From NCBI GenBank assembly GCA_036743375.1, contig DAINPP010000001.1, forward strand, positions 208,154-272,153: DNA of 64,000 nt. Direction: 5' to 3'. Below the pieces are notes generated by a model that worked only from the letters and a program-made list of their open reading frames with translations, was not told the origin of the DNA and did not search any database. Origin of the DNA: Thermotogota bacterium. GTDB lineage: Bacteria; Thermotogota; Thermotogae; MWEM01. This document shows, in pieces, positions 37,001-45,336 of the stretch. Numbering within the stretch: the stretch's first letter is position 1; every line of letters begins with the position of its first letter. The position numbers were made by a program, and so were the translations under genes.

Positions 37001-39075
37001 TCTTTGGAAAGAATATCGACTTACCTTCCAATCTGGAAAAGATCTACCTGATCGTTGAAGAGAAAGAGGTAGAGGTCCCGGAAATCGAAGATGAAGTCAT
37101 CCCTTCAGAGGTAACGCCGCCTGAAAGCACACCGTCAGATGAGGTTATCAGTACGGATAATACCGTAAAGGAACCGCCGGTTCAGGAAGAACCCGTACGG
37201 ATAGAGACAGAACATACGGCAATGGACCTTTCCACCGCAAACAACTCGGAAACAAAGGATTCTTCAGAACTTGAATCCACGGATAATTCATCCAAGGAAG
37301 AAGAAGTCGCTATCGTCATCAACGGCAATGTCGTTCAGGGAAATATTGATGAGAAACCCGATACCCCTATCCCTGCTTCAAAGACATCGGAAAGGGTTCT
37401 GACTGCCGAAGAAAAACAGGGATTAACGGCTGTTTACGGTGGATGGAAGATGGCCATCGCCTACAAGGATTTTGGCTATATCATAGCTGGAGATTCTGAA
37501 ATGAGAATTGTCAATCCACTTCTTCAGACCATTAAAACAATCCCTTATTCCAAAGCTGAATTGAAGGACATGGATATCTCCAAATACAATATTCTCTCAA
37601 TGCTTTTCAGTGATAAAATAGAGATTTGGGATGTCGATAATCTGTTCACTTCAAAAGATACCTCACATATTAACAGCTATAAATTCCCGATTACGAATGG
37701 GAAAAATATCCGATTCTCAAGAAACGGGGAATTCCTCATTCTACTGAGAGACAATGGGGAATGTAAGATTATGTCTCTCGATTTTACCAGCGGAAAAAAC
37801 ATCTTCAACGAAAATGTGATAACCGCTATAGAAGCAGATTTAAGCGAGGGAACCGCTTTTCTTTTTGGGGATGCGAAGGGAAATATCGGCACCATCACTA
37901 TTAACGGTATACAGAAAAAGCAGAAGGTCTCAGAAAACAGAATTTCTCATGTATTCAGTTATAGAAACAACATTTACTGGGTAGACTCTCAATCGAATGT
38001 CGGAATTCTCGGGAAATCTTCTAAAAATCTGACTTCTGAGAAGATCAATGCGGTCTATCCAGCTGATATAGACAAGGATTGGATCCTCTTCGGAACCGAC
38101 AAAGGTACCCTGTTGATTACAAATAATGAACTGAAAGAAGTCGGAAAGGCAAGTGTACAGAATTCCGTTTTTTCACTCAGGGGATATAAAGAAAGTATGA
38201 TTTCCATCGATGAGAAACTGAATCTTGAAAGCTGGAATCTCATTGCGGGATCGGTTTTATCGGATAAACCGAATTTCATGGATCCTTATTCTCTCTTTAC
38301 CAGTGATAATCAACTTGCGATCATCACAGACAAAAAAGAATTGTATACCTATAAACCAAACACGGATACTTTGAAGAAGACAAAATTTGTAAACAACAAT
38401 TTTGAAATTAATGAAATATTGAAAGACCCACTGATTATCCATTCTGAAGGTAAAAAGTATTATCCGTTTATAAACGGACAATTATACGAAAAGTCGATAG
38501 AAGTCTATAAGGAAGGCAACGTCAACAGTTCGGAAAAATATTTCATGTATTGGGAAAATGACTACCTTTCCGTTTATGATGTTGAAAATTCGGAAATGGT
38601 AAGAACTCTGAAGTTTGGGGAAGAAAACAAGGTCCATTATGCCGCAATGAGAAATGACAGACTCTTCTTCTTCTTTAACCAATCAATGGGGATAACCAAT
38701 CCCTACAATCCGGGACAAGTAATTGTTATCGATCTCGCTGAAGAGGGGATCGGGGAGATCGTCTCCGTCTTTCTGATCAACGGCTCTAAATTGGGAATCC
38801 TTGATCGAAACGGCCATCTCGTCTATTATCTCCTGATCGAAGACAGATTGACCCTGCCGATAGAACTTGACAGTGAGATTGAAGAGGCTTATTTTGTACC
38901 AAGCCAGATGAAACTCATTGCAAGAAGCGGCAATCAGATCATCACCTACAACGCATTGGATAATGATATTCAGAATTATATTTTTACCAATACGGTAAAA
39001 GACTTCACGTGGACATCAGAAGGGATTTATATTCTGACAACAGATGGAACGATATGGTTTAAAGAGAATTACTAG
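34081..39075 (+). CDS. giant secreted multi-domain protein: PEGA domain, vWA domain, two acidic E/T/S-rich linkers, and two beta-propeller-like repeat regions
   Basis: Signal peptide. PEGA pattern ADVYVDQVWRGNSPETLSLSPGKHEIELKKSGY. vWA MIDAS FLIDRSGS...LSDGIDSD. Low-complexity acidic tracts at about 35.6-36.2 kb and 37.1-37.3 kb. Recurring ...IWDV / ...IFDIQG propeller-blade-like repeats. Confidence 0.7.
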   Translation: MSRKFLFFSIILLITGILSFSAVVELELLTHPQEADVYVDQVWRGNSPETLSLSPGKHEIELKKSGYVPMSMEMDIRIPSVLEYNLFPEKVVADQFPIVIYLTNYQQSGSRKILFRENEDLLINGLKKRFEDMGFMISVEKPQDEFDLIMDTGSIYEMLSERHPQAKMFMLVNALWSYTSFREKKVTRLEVQTRIYDPNTSIALGTYQDTSEGIGMMGSEIVVLQTVEKATQNFLDNIGNYLVERVDTEEKRPILAAKEKYNDENLYVVKSDSSINELKLYNDTGALIDYKSSGIESVPLNIVFLIDRSGSNENELPKIKEQIESILTKLPQKAEWALVGFDDQIEIIQNFTTDFNRWTFAKDKIVSTGMTRLYDAIYNTATILLRREGINIVILLSDGIDSDYYDTGFGSIKTEEEALTAIEKSGMILYPIGISDKNYETLLKQLAYLSTTDYYDLNKVSIDSVSESIIKDISTNLGIIETSSKETPVFSINGYKYIKEENSRFLNQDLSITSLKTGEVTFTTPESDDSEPVEIIINPASTPEESKAIEQLSSKKEESNLTGEEPEKKIESTTTKESSLSLKESPVEGQDIKVVPEEQSDEETVIVEEIPIQPESSDTTTEELTTEKTEPEATTINSVEVPSEKIVQEIPEGSEEKTIEETKKAEETEPAVQEKNTTEFETVQEAEASVFEENVLEINSDFNEVLNLREVKVFDLDDNGNLAWKQGDILYFFVHEQNRLAGISISGELKTISFDFPQISLIVDQELKVIEIREDKIVELSSKALSAPVSFIKLLREKYISIGYENGNLEIFDIQGNLQNEWKLTSGVINNLVYDDYGRIIFSSTTGRAGWLTDINDSLTEIKIDKPIVGLCPFDVDESRFLIVDASGAVYFQRFENVKPTTRNLNRGIVLKANCSEASNLLFANHWDKSLRGYRIFDLKETFTVKSKKGIEMFDVDKYGEILAIQSVDDELSLFGKNIDLPSNLEKIYLIVEEKEVEVPEIEDEVIPSEVTPPESTPSDEVISTDNTVKEPPVQEEPVRIETEHTAMDLSTANNSETKDSSELESTDNSSKEEEVAIVINGNVVQGNIDEKPDTPIPASKTSERVLTAEEKQGLTAVYGGWKMAIAYKDFGYIIAGDSEMRIVNPLLQTIKTIPYSKAELKDMDISKYNILSMLFSDKIEIWDVDNLFTSKDTSHINSYKFPITNGKNIRFSRNGEFLILLRDNGECKIMSLDFTSGKNIFNENVITAIEADLSEGTAFLFGDAKGNIGTITINGIQKKQKVSENRISHVFSYRNNIYWVDSQSNVGILGKSSKNLTSEKINAVYPADIDKDWILFGTDKGTLLITNNELKEVGKASVQNSVFSLRGYKESMISIDEKLNLESWNLIAGSVLSDKPNFMDPYSLFTSDNQLAIITDKKELYTYKPNTDTLKKTKFVNNNFEINEILKDPLIIHSEGKKYYPFINGQLYEKSIEVYKEGNVNSSEKYFMYWENDYLSVYDVENSEMVRTLKFGEENKVHYAAMRNDRLFFFFNQSMGITNPYNPGQVIVIDLAEEGIGEIVSVFLINGSKLGILDRNGHLVYYLLIEDRLTLPIELDSEIEEAYFVPSQMKLIARSGNQIITYNALDNDIQNYIFTNTVKDFTWTSEGIYILTTDGTIWFKENY

Positions 39076-39100
39076 ATTAGTCATACTACGGGGGTAGACG

Positions 39101-40000
39101 ATGAAAGATTTTAATGAATTACTAACCTTATTAAAAGAAAAAGATGAACAGAAACTGGTACTATCAGGCGCAGAGGACATTGAAGCGTTAAAAGCGGTAA
39201 AGGAAGCTTCGGATATGGGAATTATCAGCAGCATCCTGGTAGGAAATCCTGAGGTGATAAAAAAGAACTGTGAAGAAGTGGAACTAACAAATTATGAAAT
39301 CGTCTCTGCTGCTTCAGAAGAGGAAACGGCTGAAAAAAGTGTAAAACTTATTTCGTCAGGAAGCGGAACCGTTCTGATGAAAGGGATGATTAAAACGGCG
39401 AAACTGCTTAAGGCCACGCTGAATAAAGAATGGGGATTAAGGACCGGTAGACTTCTCAGTCACGTAGCAGTCGCTTCAACGCCTGTACTGAAAAAAATGA
39501 TAGCGATTACCGATGGAGGGATGAATCTTTTACCGACACTCGAAGAGAAAATTGATATCATCACCAATGCCGTTGAGTTGATGAAAACACTTGGAGTTGA
39601 TACGCCAAAAGTTGCACCAATTGCCGCTGTTGAAGTGGTAAACCCAAAGATGCCACCCACTGTGGATGCCGCTATACTGAGCAAGATGAACAGCCGCGGG
39701 CAGATAAAGGGTTGTATTATTGATGGACCATTGGGACTGGATAACGCTTTAAGTGAATTCGCCGCCAGTATCAAGAAAATTCCGGGAGATGTCGCTGGAA
39801 ATGCGGATATATTACTTGTCCCAGATATTCACAGTGGTAATTTTCTCGGAAAAAGTGTTGAATATATCGGTGGAGGTACAATTGGCGGGCTTATCATGGG
39901 AGCTCAGGTACCTATAGTAATAGTAAGCCGGGCGGACAAGGCAGAGGCAAAACTGGCTTCTATTGCGCTTGGTGTCGTAAACAGTGTAAATCATAAATAA
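39101..40000 (+). CDS. ptb: phosphate butyryl/acetyl-transferase family protein
   Basis: Phosphotransacylase fold motifs (GAEDIEALKAV..., ...ADILLVPDIHSGN). Confidence 0.65.
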   Translation: MKDFNELLTLLKEKDEQKLVLSGAEDIEALKAVKEASDMGIISSILVGNPEVIKKNCEEVELTNYEIVSAASEEETAEKSVKLISSGSGTVLMKGMIKTAKLLKATLNKEWGLRTGRLLSHVAVASTPVLKKMIAITDGGMNLLPTLEEKIDIITNAVELMKTLGVDTPKVAPIAAVEVVNPKMPPTVDAAILSKMNSRGQIKGCIIDGPLGLDNALSEFAASIKKIPGDVAGNADILLVPDIHSGNFLGKSVEYIGGGTIGGLIMGAQVPIVIVSRADKAEAKLASIALGVVNSVNHK

Positions 40001-40011
40001 AGGAGAAAAGA

Positions 40012-40767
40012 ATGATTGATAAATTTGACAAGTTGATTGTAAAGGCAAAGAGTATCAAAGAAAAGTTCAAGTATGAAGAAGTGATTCCTGAAGGTATAAA
40101 AACGGAAGATATCGCCAAAACAATAGAACATACCAATCTGAAATCAACGGCCACACCGGAAGATATAAAACTACTCTGCCAGGAGGCGGTAGAAAACAAA
40201 TTCAGATCGGTCTGTATTCATCCGTCATATATACCCGTTGCAAAAGAGTATTTGTCAGAAAGCGATGTCATCATCGTTACCGTTATCGGTTTTCCCCTTG
40301 GAATGAATACAACCGTGAATAAGGCCAAAGAAGTGGAGAATGCCATTTCACTCGGTGCCGATGAAGTTGACATGGTTATCAATCAGGGGAGACTGAAAGC
40401 GGGAAACTATCAAAATGTTTTCTTCGACATTTCAAAAGTTGTCAAGGCCGCAGGCAGCTCTCCTGTAAAGGTAATCATAGAAGCCTGTAATCTGACGGAT
40501 GAGGAAAAGATCATAGCCTGCCTTTTATCTGAAGAAGCGGGTGCCAAATATGTCAAGACTTCAACGGGCTTTGCACAACATGGGGCGACACTTGAGGATG
40601 TGGCCCTGATGAGATACACCGTCGGACCGGATGTCCTCGTAAAAGCAGCCGGTGGGGTGAGAGATCTTGAGATGGCAAGAAAGATGATCGCTACCGGTGC
40701 AGCATTACTCGGTACAAGCAGTGGAATAAAAATACTCAATGGAGATGCGGTTAACGGAGGGTATTGA
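40012..40767 (+). CDS. deoC: deoxyribose-phosphate aldolase
   Basis: SVCIHPSYIP, TVIGFPLG, Schiff-base lysine context AKYVKTSTGF. Confidence 0.8.
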   Translation: MIDKFDKLIVKAKSIKEKFKYEEVIPEGIKTEDIAKTIEHTNLKSTATPEDIKLLCQEAVENKFRSVCIHPSYIPVAKEYLSESDVIIVTVIGFPLGMNTTVNKAKEVENAISLGADEVDMVINQGRLKAGNYQNVFFDISKVVKAAGSSPVKVIIEACNLTDEEKIIACLLSEEAGAKYVKTSTGFAQHGATLEDVALMRYTVGPDVLVKAAGGVRDLEMARKMIATGAALLGTSSGIKILNGDAVNGGY

Positions 40768-41576
40768 TGTTGTATAAAACTCGATACGATGCAGCGATAA
40801 CCATTGCGAGGGCCGTTGGGGATCAGATTGCTTCGAGGCATTTTGAACCGTTTGTTGTGGATTTCAAAGATTCAGACGCTAACGATCCTGTAACCAGTCT
40901 TGATCAATTTGCACAAAAAGAAATCATCAGGTTGATCAGCAGCCAATTTAAAGATGACAAATTCTACGCTGAAGAAGATGATGAAAATAGCATCTCTCTG
41001 GCTTCCGAGAATTTATGGATTATCGATCCCATCGACGGAACGGCAAATTTTATGCATGGACTTCCTTTATGGGGTGTGTCTATCGCTTTTTCGACAAATG
41101 GAAAAATATTGTTCGGCATCGTTTACTGCCCTGAACTCTCACTGTTCTATGAAGCTTATACCGGATATGGTGCTTTTTTAAACCAAAAAAAGATGACCGT
41201 TTCCTCAATCCCAGTCTTGAAAAAGTCTGTCATCACTTCGGGATTGACTCACGGGCTGCATCTTGAATCGGGAGAAGAAAACCGCATATTTTCCCTGTTC
41301 ACATCACTCCTCAAATCAGCACAAAGGGTAAGGATTCTCGGTTCATCGGTATTGCAGATTTGTGAAGTTGCATCGGGACATACTGAAGGATTTTGTGGGA
41401 TCCAGTTGAAGCCCTGGGATTTTGCAGCATCAGCAGTAATACTGAAAGAAGCAGGCGGAAAGATTACGGATTTTTATGGTCGTGAAATAGATCTGCATAC
41501 TCAGGATTTTATATGTTCCAACGGTATTATTCATGATAAAATTTTAGATTTATGTAAAGATACATTGTTCAATTAA
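40764..41576 (+). CDS. suhB: inositol monophosphatase/fructose-1,6-bisphosphatase family protein
   Basis: WIIDPIDGTANFMHGLPLWGVSIA IMPase signature. ATGA coupling to deoC. Confidence 0.75.
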   Translation: MMLYKTRYDAAITIARAVGDQIASRHFEPFVVDFKDSDANDPVTSLDQFAQKEIIRLISSQFKDDKFYAEEDDENSISLASENLWIIDPIDGTANFMHGLPLWGVSIAFSTNGKILFGIVYCPELSLFYEAYTGYGAFLNQKKMTVSSIPVLKKSVITSGLTHGLHLESGEENRIFSLFTSLLKSAQRVRILGSSVLQICEVASGHTEGFCGIQLKPWDFAASAVILKEAGGKITDFYGREIDLHTQDFICSNGIIHDKILDLCKDTLFN

Positions 41577-41646
41577 TTAATTTCAGGTGAATTGTGTTAT
41601 ATTACTCGTGGTGAGAAATCACTGAATACCAAAGGAGGTGTGACGA

Positions 41647-41742
41647 ATGATCTTAGTAAACTTGATGATGCAAAGCGTTGATTTTGCTGTGGGTTACCTG
41701 TGTCTCGTCATGCCTGAAGATAACTGGAGATTGTTGAGTTAG
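41647..41742 (+). CDS. small hydrophobic ORF (31 aa, MILVNLMMQSVDFAVGYLCLVMPEDNWRLLS) with a strong RBS; possible small protein or sRNA-embedded peptide
   Basis: AAAGGAGGTG lies 6 nt upstream of the ATG. A strong intrinsic terminator follows 29 nt after the stop. Confidence 0.3.
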   Translation: MILVNLMMQSVDFAVGYLCLVMPEDNWRLLS

Positions 41743-41770
41743 ATTATATCTTACTCATTAACGGATATAA

Positions 41771-41804
41771 AAGGGTCTTGACGAGAGTCAAGACCCTTTT
41801 TTTA
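41771..41804 (+). terminator. rho-independent terminator
   Basis: AAGGGTCTTGAC, loop GAGA, GTCAAGACCCTTTTTTT. Confidence 0.75.
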
Positions 41805-41987
41805 TTTCAAATTCTTTTTGGAGGTGTATTAATGTGTTAGAAAGAACAGAAACGTCTTTTTACTCGGAAAAAATCTATGACAGGGGGATTTCATTAACAC
41901 GGCTTAATCAGATGCCGAAGGGTGTAATCCCATGAAAGATCTCTTTTAATTTAAAATCAGGAAAAATTGAAAACAGGGGGTTATAAA

Positions 41988-42809
41988 ATGCCTTTAAAAG
42001 ACAGTCTGCCATTAAGCGTTAAAAATGTCACCAAGAACTTTATTAAAAACAAAAAGAAATGTATAAAGGCAGTCGATAATGTCTCATTTGAGATCAATCA
42101 AGGTGAGACTTTTGGAGTTCTTGGCCCTAACGGTTCGGGGAAATCAACCCTGATACGCATGATTTCCACATTGCTGATTCCGGACGAGGGAACAATAAAA
42201 GTTTTCGGATATGATATCGAACAAGAGTCAGTTAAAATACGTGCGTTGATCAACAGAGTTTCCGTAGAGGCAAGTTTTTTTAAAAAACTATCCGCAATAG
42301 AGAATCTTCTCTTCACCGCCGGACTCTATGGAATATCCAAAAAAGAAGCCCGTGAAAAACTCGGGAATATCTTTGAAAAGATCGGTTTGGATAAGAAAAG
42401 GTTAAATGATCCGATAGAAGACTTTTCAAGGGGCATGCAGCAAAAAGTATCGATTGCAAGGGCCTTCTTAACAGCTCCGAGACTTTTGCTGCTCGACGAA
42501 CCGACAACCGGTCTGGATCCGAGGGCGAAAAAAGAGGTACAGAATATGATTTATGAAGTAAAAGACACATATAACACGACGATCCTTCTTACGACACATG
42601 ACATGTATGAGGCGGAAGAATTATGTGAAAGGGTGTCGATTCTTCATAAAGGAAAGTTAAGAAAGATGGGTTTTGTAGATGAGTTGAAGAAGAGTATTCC
42701 TGAAAACAAAACCAAGGCGATCGGTCTTGAAGATGTCTTCCTCTATTACACGGGAACTACCTTAAAGGATGAAGAGGAAAAAGAGCAGGAATTACGCGAG
42801 GTGTCATGA
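41988..42809 (+). CDS. ABC transporter ATP-binding protein (ABC-2 exporter type)
   Basis: Walker A GPNGSGKST, signature, Walker B LLLDEPTTGLD. Start at MPLKD, preceded by GGGGG. Confidence 0.8.
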   Translation: MPLKDSLPLSVKNVTKNFIKNKKKCIKAVDNVSFEINQGETFGVLGPNGSGKSTLIRMISTLLIPDEGTIKVFGYDIEQESVKIRALINRVSVEASFFKKLSAIENLLFTAGLYGISKKEAREKLGNIFEKIGLDKKRLNDPIEDFSRGMQQKVSIARAFLTAPRLLLLDEPTTGLDPRAKKEVQNMIYEVKDTYNTTILLTTHDMYEAEELCERVSILHKGKLRKMGFVDELKKSIPENKTKAIGLEDVFLYYTGTTLKDEEEKEQELREVS

Positions 42810-42810
42810 T

Positions 42811-43635
42811 ATGCAGTTAGTTTTAAGAGAATTAAGAGCCGCCTGGGCTTTTGTCGAGAGAAATTTCAATTTAACCAAAAGATACTGGAAATGGGAAGTC
42901 GTATTTCTTGCATACACTGTTGCAAATTCGGTAACAATGGGATTTATAGGAAAAGGGATCGAATCTTTTTCAGGTACGGAAGTCGATGTGAATTTTCTGA
43001 TCCTTTATATGCTGATCGGATCTATTCTCTGGGGGTATCTCTCAATACTTTTTGAAATCGTTGCCGAAACGGTTGCATGGGAACGATGGGAGGAGACCAT
43101 TGAATACACGTTCATGTCTCCTATCTCAAGAGCAACACACCTTCTTAGTGTGTGCTGGTATTCGATATTGTATGGACTCCTAAGAAGTATCATCATATTG
43201 TTTTTTGTCTCATGGTTCTTCCAGCTTGATTTAAGCAGTGCCAACATTGCCGCAGCTGGGGGTGTCCTCGCTGTGGGAAGCCTGTCTTTTATCGGTCTTG
43301 GAATGATTGCGGCGATATTACCCCTTATTTCTCCTGAAAAAGGGGTACAGGTCGTTCATATCTTCCAGGCACTGTTGCTGATGTTTTCCGGTGTATATTA
43401 TGAAGTCGACGTTCTGCCCGTATGGATGCAGAAAGTTGCATGGTTCTCTCCGGCTACTTATGCCCTAAAGGGAATGAGAGAGGCCATACTTGACGGCAAA
43501 TCATTCGGGGCATTAACCAATTACACATTGCCTTTATTGCTGATGGGAACGATCATGCTGCCATTGGGTATCTTCGTCTTCAAAAAGATGGAGGAACATG
43601 CAAAGAAAAAAGGACTGCTCAAGAGAAACGGATAA
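42811..43635 (+). CDS. ABC-2 family transporter permease
   Basis: 6 TM helices. Start overlaps the ABC stop (ATGATATG). Confidence 0.65.
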   Translation: MQLVLRELRAAWAFVERNFNLTKRYWKWEVVFLAYTVANSVTMGFIGKGIESFSGTEVDVNFLILYMLIGSILWGYLSILFEIVAETVAWERWEETIEYTFMSPISRATHLLSVCWYSILYGLLRSIIILFFVSWFFQLDLSSANIAAAGGVLAVGSLSFIGLGMIAAILPLISPEKGVQVVHIFQALLLMFSGVYYEVDVLPVWMQKVAWFSPATYALKGMREAILDGKSFGALTNYTLPLLLMGTIMLPLGIFVFKKMEEHAKKKGLLKRNG

Positions 43636-43639
43636 TTTT

Positions 43640-43670
43640 CCTCTTCTTCGCTATCGAAGAAGAGGCTTTG
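43640..43670 (+). terminator. putative terminator hairpin after the ABC-2 operon
   Basis: CCTCTTCTTCG, loop CTAT, CGAAGAAGAGG, then CTTTG. Confidence 0.4.
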
Positions 43671-43811
43671 TAAAGAATTATTTATTTTAGTTATTAAAAC
43701 TAAGACATTTAGTTATATAATATGGATATAGAAATTAAAACGTTATAAAGACCGACCTTTTAATTTCTGTAGTTTGGATAGTGTTTTTACATAACAGAAA
43801 CGAGGGGTAAT

Positions 43812-45188
43812 ATGGAAAGGGATTTAACACAGGGAAACATCATAAAAAACATTTTATACATGTCGGTCCCAACGATGATGGGATTTATCGCACAAACTCT
43901 ATATGATCTGGTGGATATGGCCTGGATAGGGAGAATTTCTTCCGAAGCGGTTGCAGCGGTCACTATATTAACCAGTATTTTCTGGCTGGTAGAGGTGTTA
44001 AATGAAATAATCGGGACAAGCTCCGTATCGTTGATATCACAGAATTTTGGTGCGGGAAACTATAAACAGACAAAAGCCTGTATTGAGCAAACACTGACAT
44101 TTAAAATGCTTGTCTCAGTCATTGCGATGATACTGCTTGTCATATTCATGAAACCACTAATCGGTTTTTTCACTCAAGAGGAAACGGTTCAGAAAGCGGC
44201 ACTTGATTACGGGTACCTGAGAATCTTCTTTTTACCGATCATGTTTTCTACATACAGTATCAATACTGCATTGAGATGTATCGGTGATTCAAAAAGGCCT
44301 ATGATTCTGATGTTTGTCACTTCTGTCATCAATATCGTACTTGATCCGATTCTGATGTTTGAGACGATACCGTTGATTAATTTACCTGGTGCCGGATTGG
44401 GTGTATACGGAGCGGCACTTGCCACGGTCATTTCTATTTCCGTGGGATTTGTCGTAGGACTTATCATGATTTTCAACTTGAAGAACAGAGAAATACGGCC
44501 AACTGTCAAGGGAATTTTCAGACTCAACGCCAAAATAGATAAAAAATTAATCACTATTGGATTGCCAACTGGAATTGAAGTACTTTTCAGACAACTGGCA
44601 CAGATCACTATCTTAAAAGTGGTTACCGTATTCGGCACGGTTGCAGTTGCGGCTTTGGGAATCCAGCAGCGCCTTTCCGGTTTCTTCATCATGCCACTCA
44701 TCGGTCTTCTTATGGGTGGAAGTACGATTGTCGGGCAAAATATGGGTGCTGAAAAAATGGAGCGTGCTGAAAAGACAACCCATCTTGCTGCTACGCTTGG
44801 CGGAATCATTATGGGCGGCGTAACGATTTTCGTACTCCTGTTCACAGAACAAATAATGGGTGTTTTCGTAAACGATCCCGAGGTCATCAGAATGGGAGTC
44901 CCCATGTTGAGAATCATAACTCCTTCGTATATCCTTCTCGCCGTAGGATTTGGCTGGGCAACAGGTTTTTCTGGTGCCGGATACAATATGCCGTTCCTGA
45001 TCTCGGCGGTCATTGCGAGATGGGGGGTTCAGATTCCATTTATGCTCATAACCATCTATTCACTGAGTCTTCCGATAACTTTTATCTGGATCAGTTTTGC
45101 CCTTTCTGAAATTGCAGAATTTGCGGTCATTGCAATCATCTTCTTCAACGGAAAATGGAAAATGAAAAGGGTATCACATCTGGTTTAA
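43812..45188 (+). CDS. MATE family efflux transporter
   Basis: 12 TM helices. MATE N-terminus (...NIIKNILYMSVPTMMGFIAQTLYDLVDMAWIG). Confidence 0.75.
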   Translation: MERDLTQGNIIKNILYMSVPTMMGFIAQTLYDLVDMAWIGRISSEAVAAVTILTSIFWLVEVLNEIIGTSSVSLISQNFGAGNYKQTKACIEQTLTFKMLVSVIAMILLVIFMKPLIGFFTQEETVQKAALDYGYLRIFFLPIMFSTYSINTALRCIGDSKRPMILMFVTSVINIVLDPILMFETIPLINLPGAGLGVYGAALATVISISVGFVVGLIMIFNLKNREIRPTVKGIFRLNAKIDKKLITIGLPTGIEVLFRQLAQITILKVVTVFGTVAVAALGIQQRLSGFFIMPLIGLLMGGSTIVGQNMGAEKMERAEKTTHLAATLGGIIMGGVTIFVLLFTEQIMGVFVNDPEVIRMGVPMLRIITPSYILLAVGFGWATGFSGAGYNMPFLISAVIARWGVQIPFMLITIYSLSLPITFIWISFALSEIAEFAVIAIIFFNGKWKMKRVSHLV

Positions 45189-45204
45189 ATAAATATATCG
45201 AGCG

Positions 45205-45245
45205 AACAAAGGGGGAATCTGTTGATTCCCCCTTTGTTCATTTAC
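45205..45245 (+). terminator. putative terminator hairpin
   Basis: AACAAAGGGGGAATC, loop TGTT, GATTCCCCCTTTGTT. Confidence 0.5.
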
Positions 45246-45336
45246 AGAACCTATTTAAAAAAGTACTTTATTTGTTATAATAGATGGATGCACAGTTATA
45301 AAGGTTTTACAGAAACAGACAAAAGGGGGAATTATT

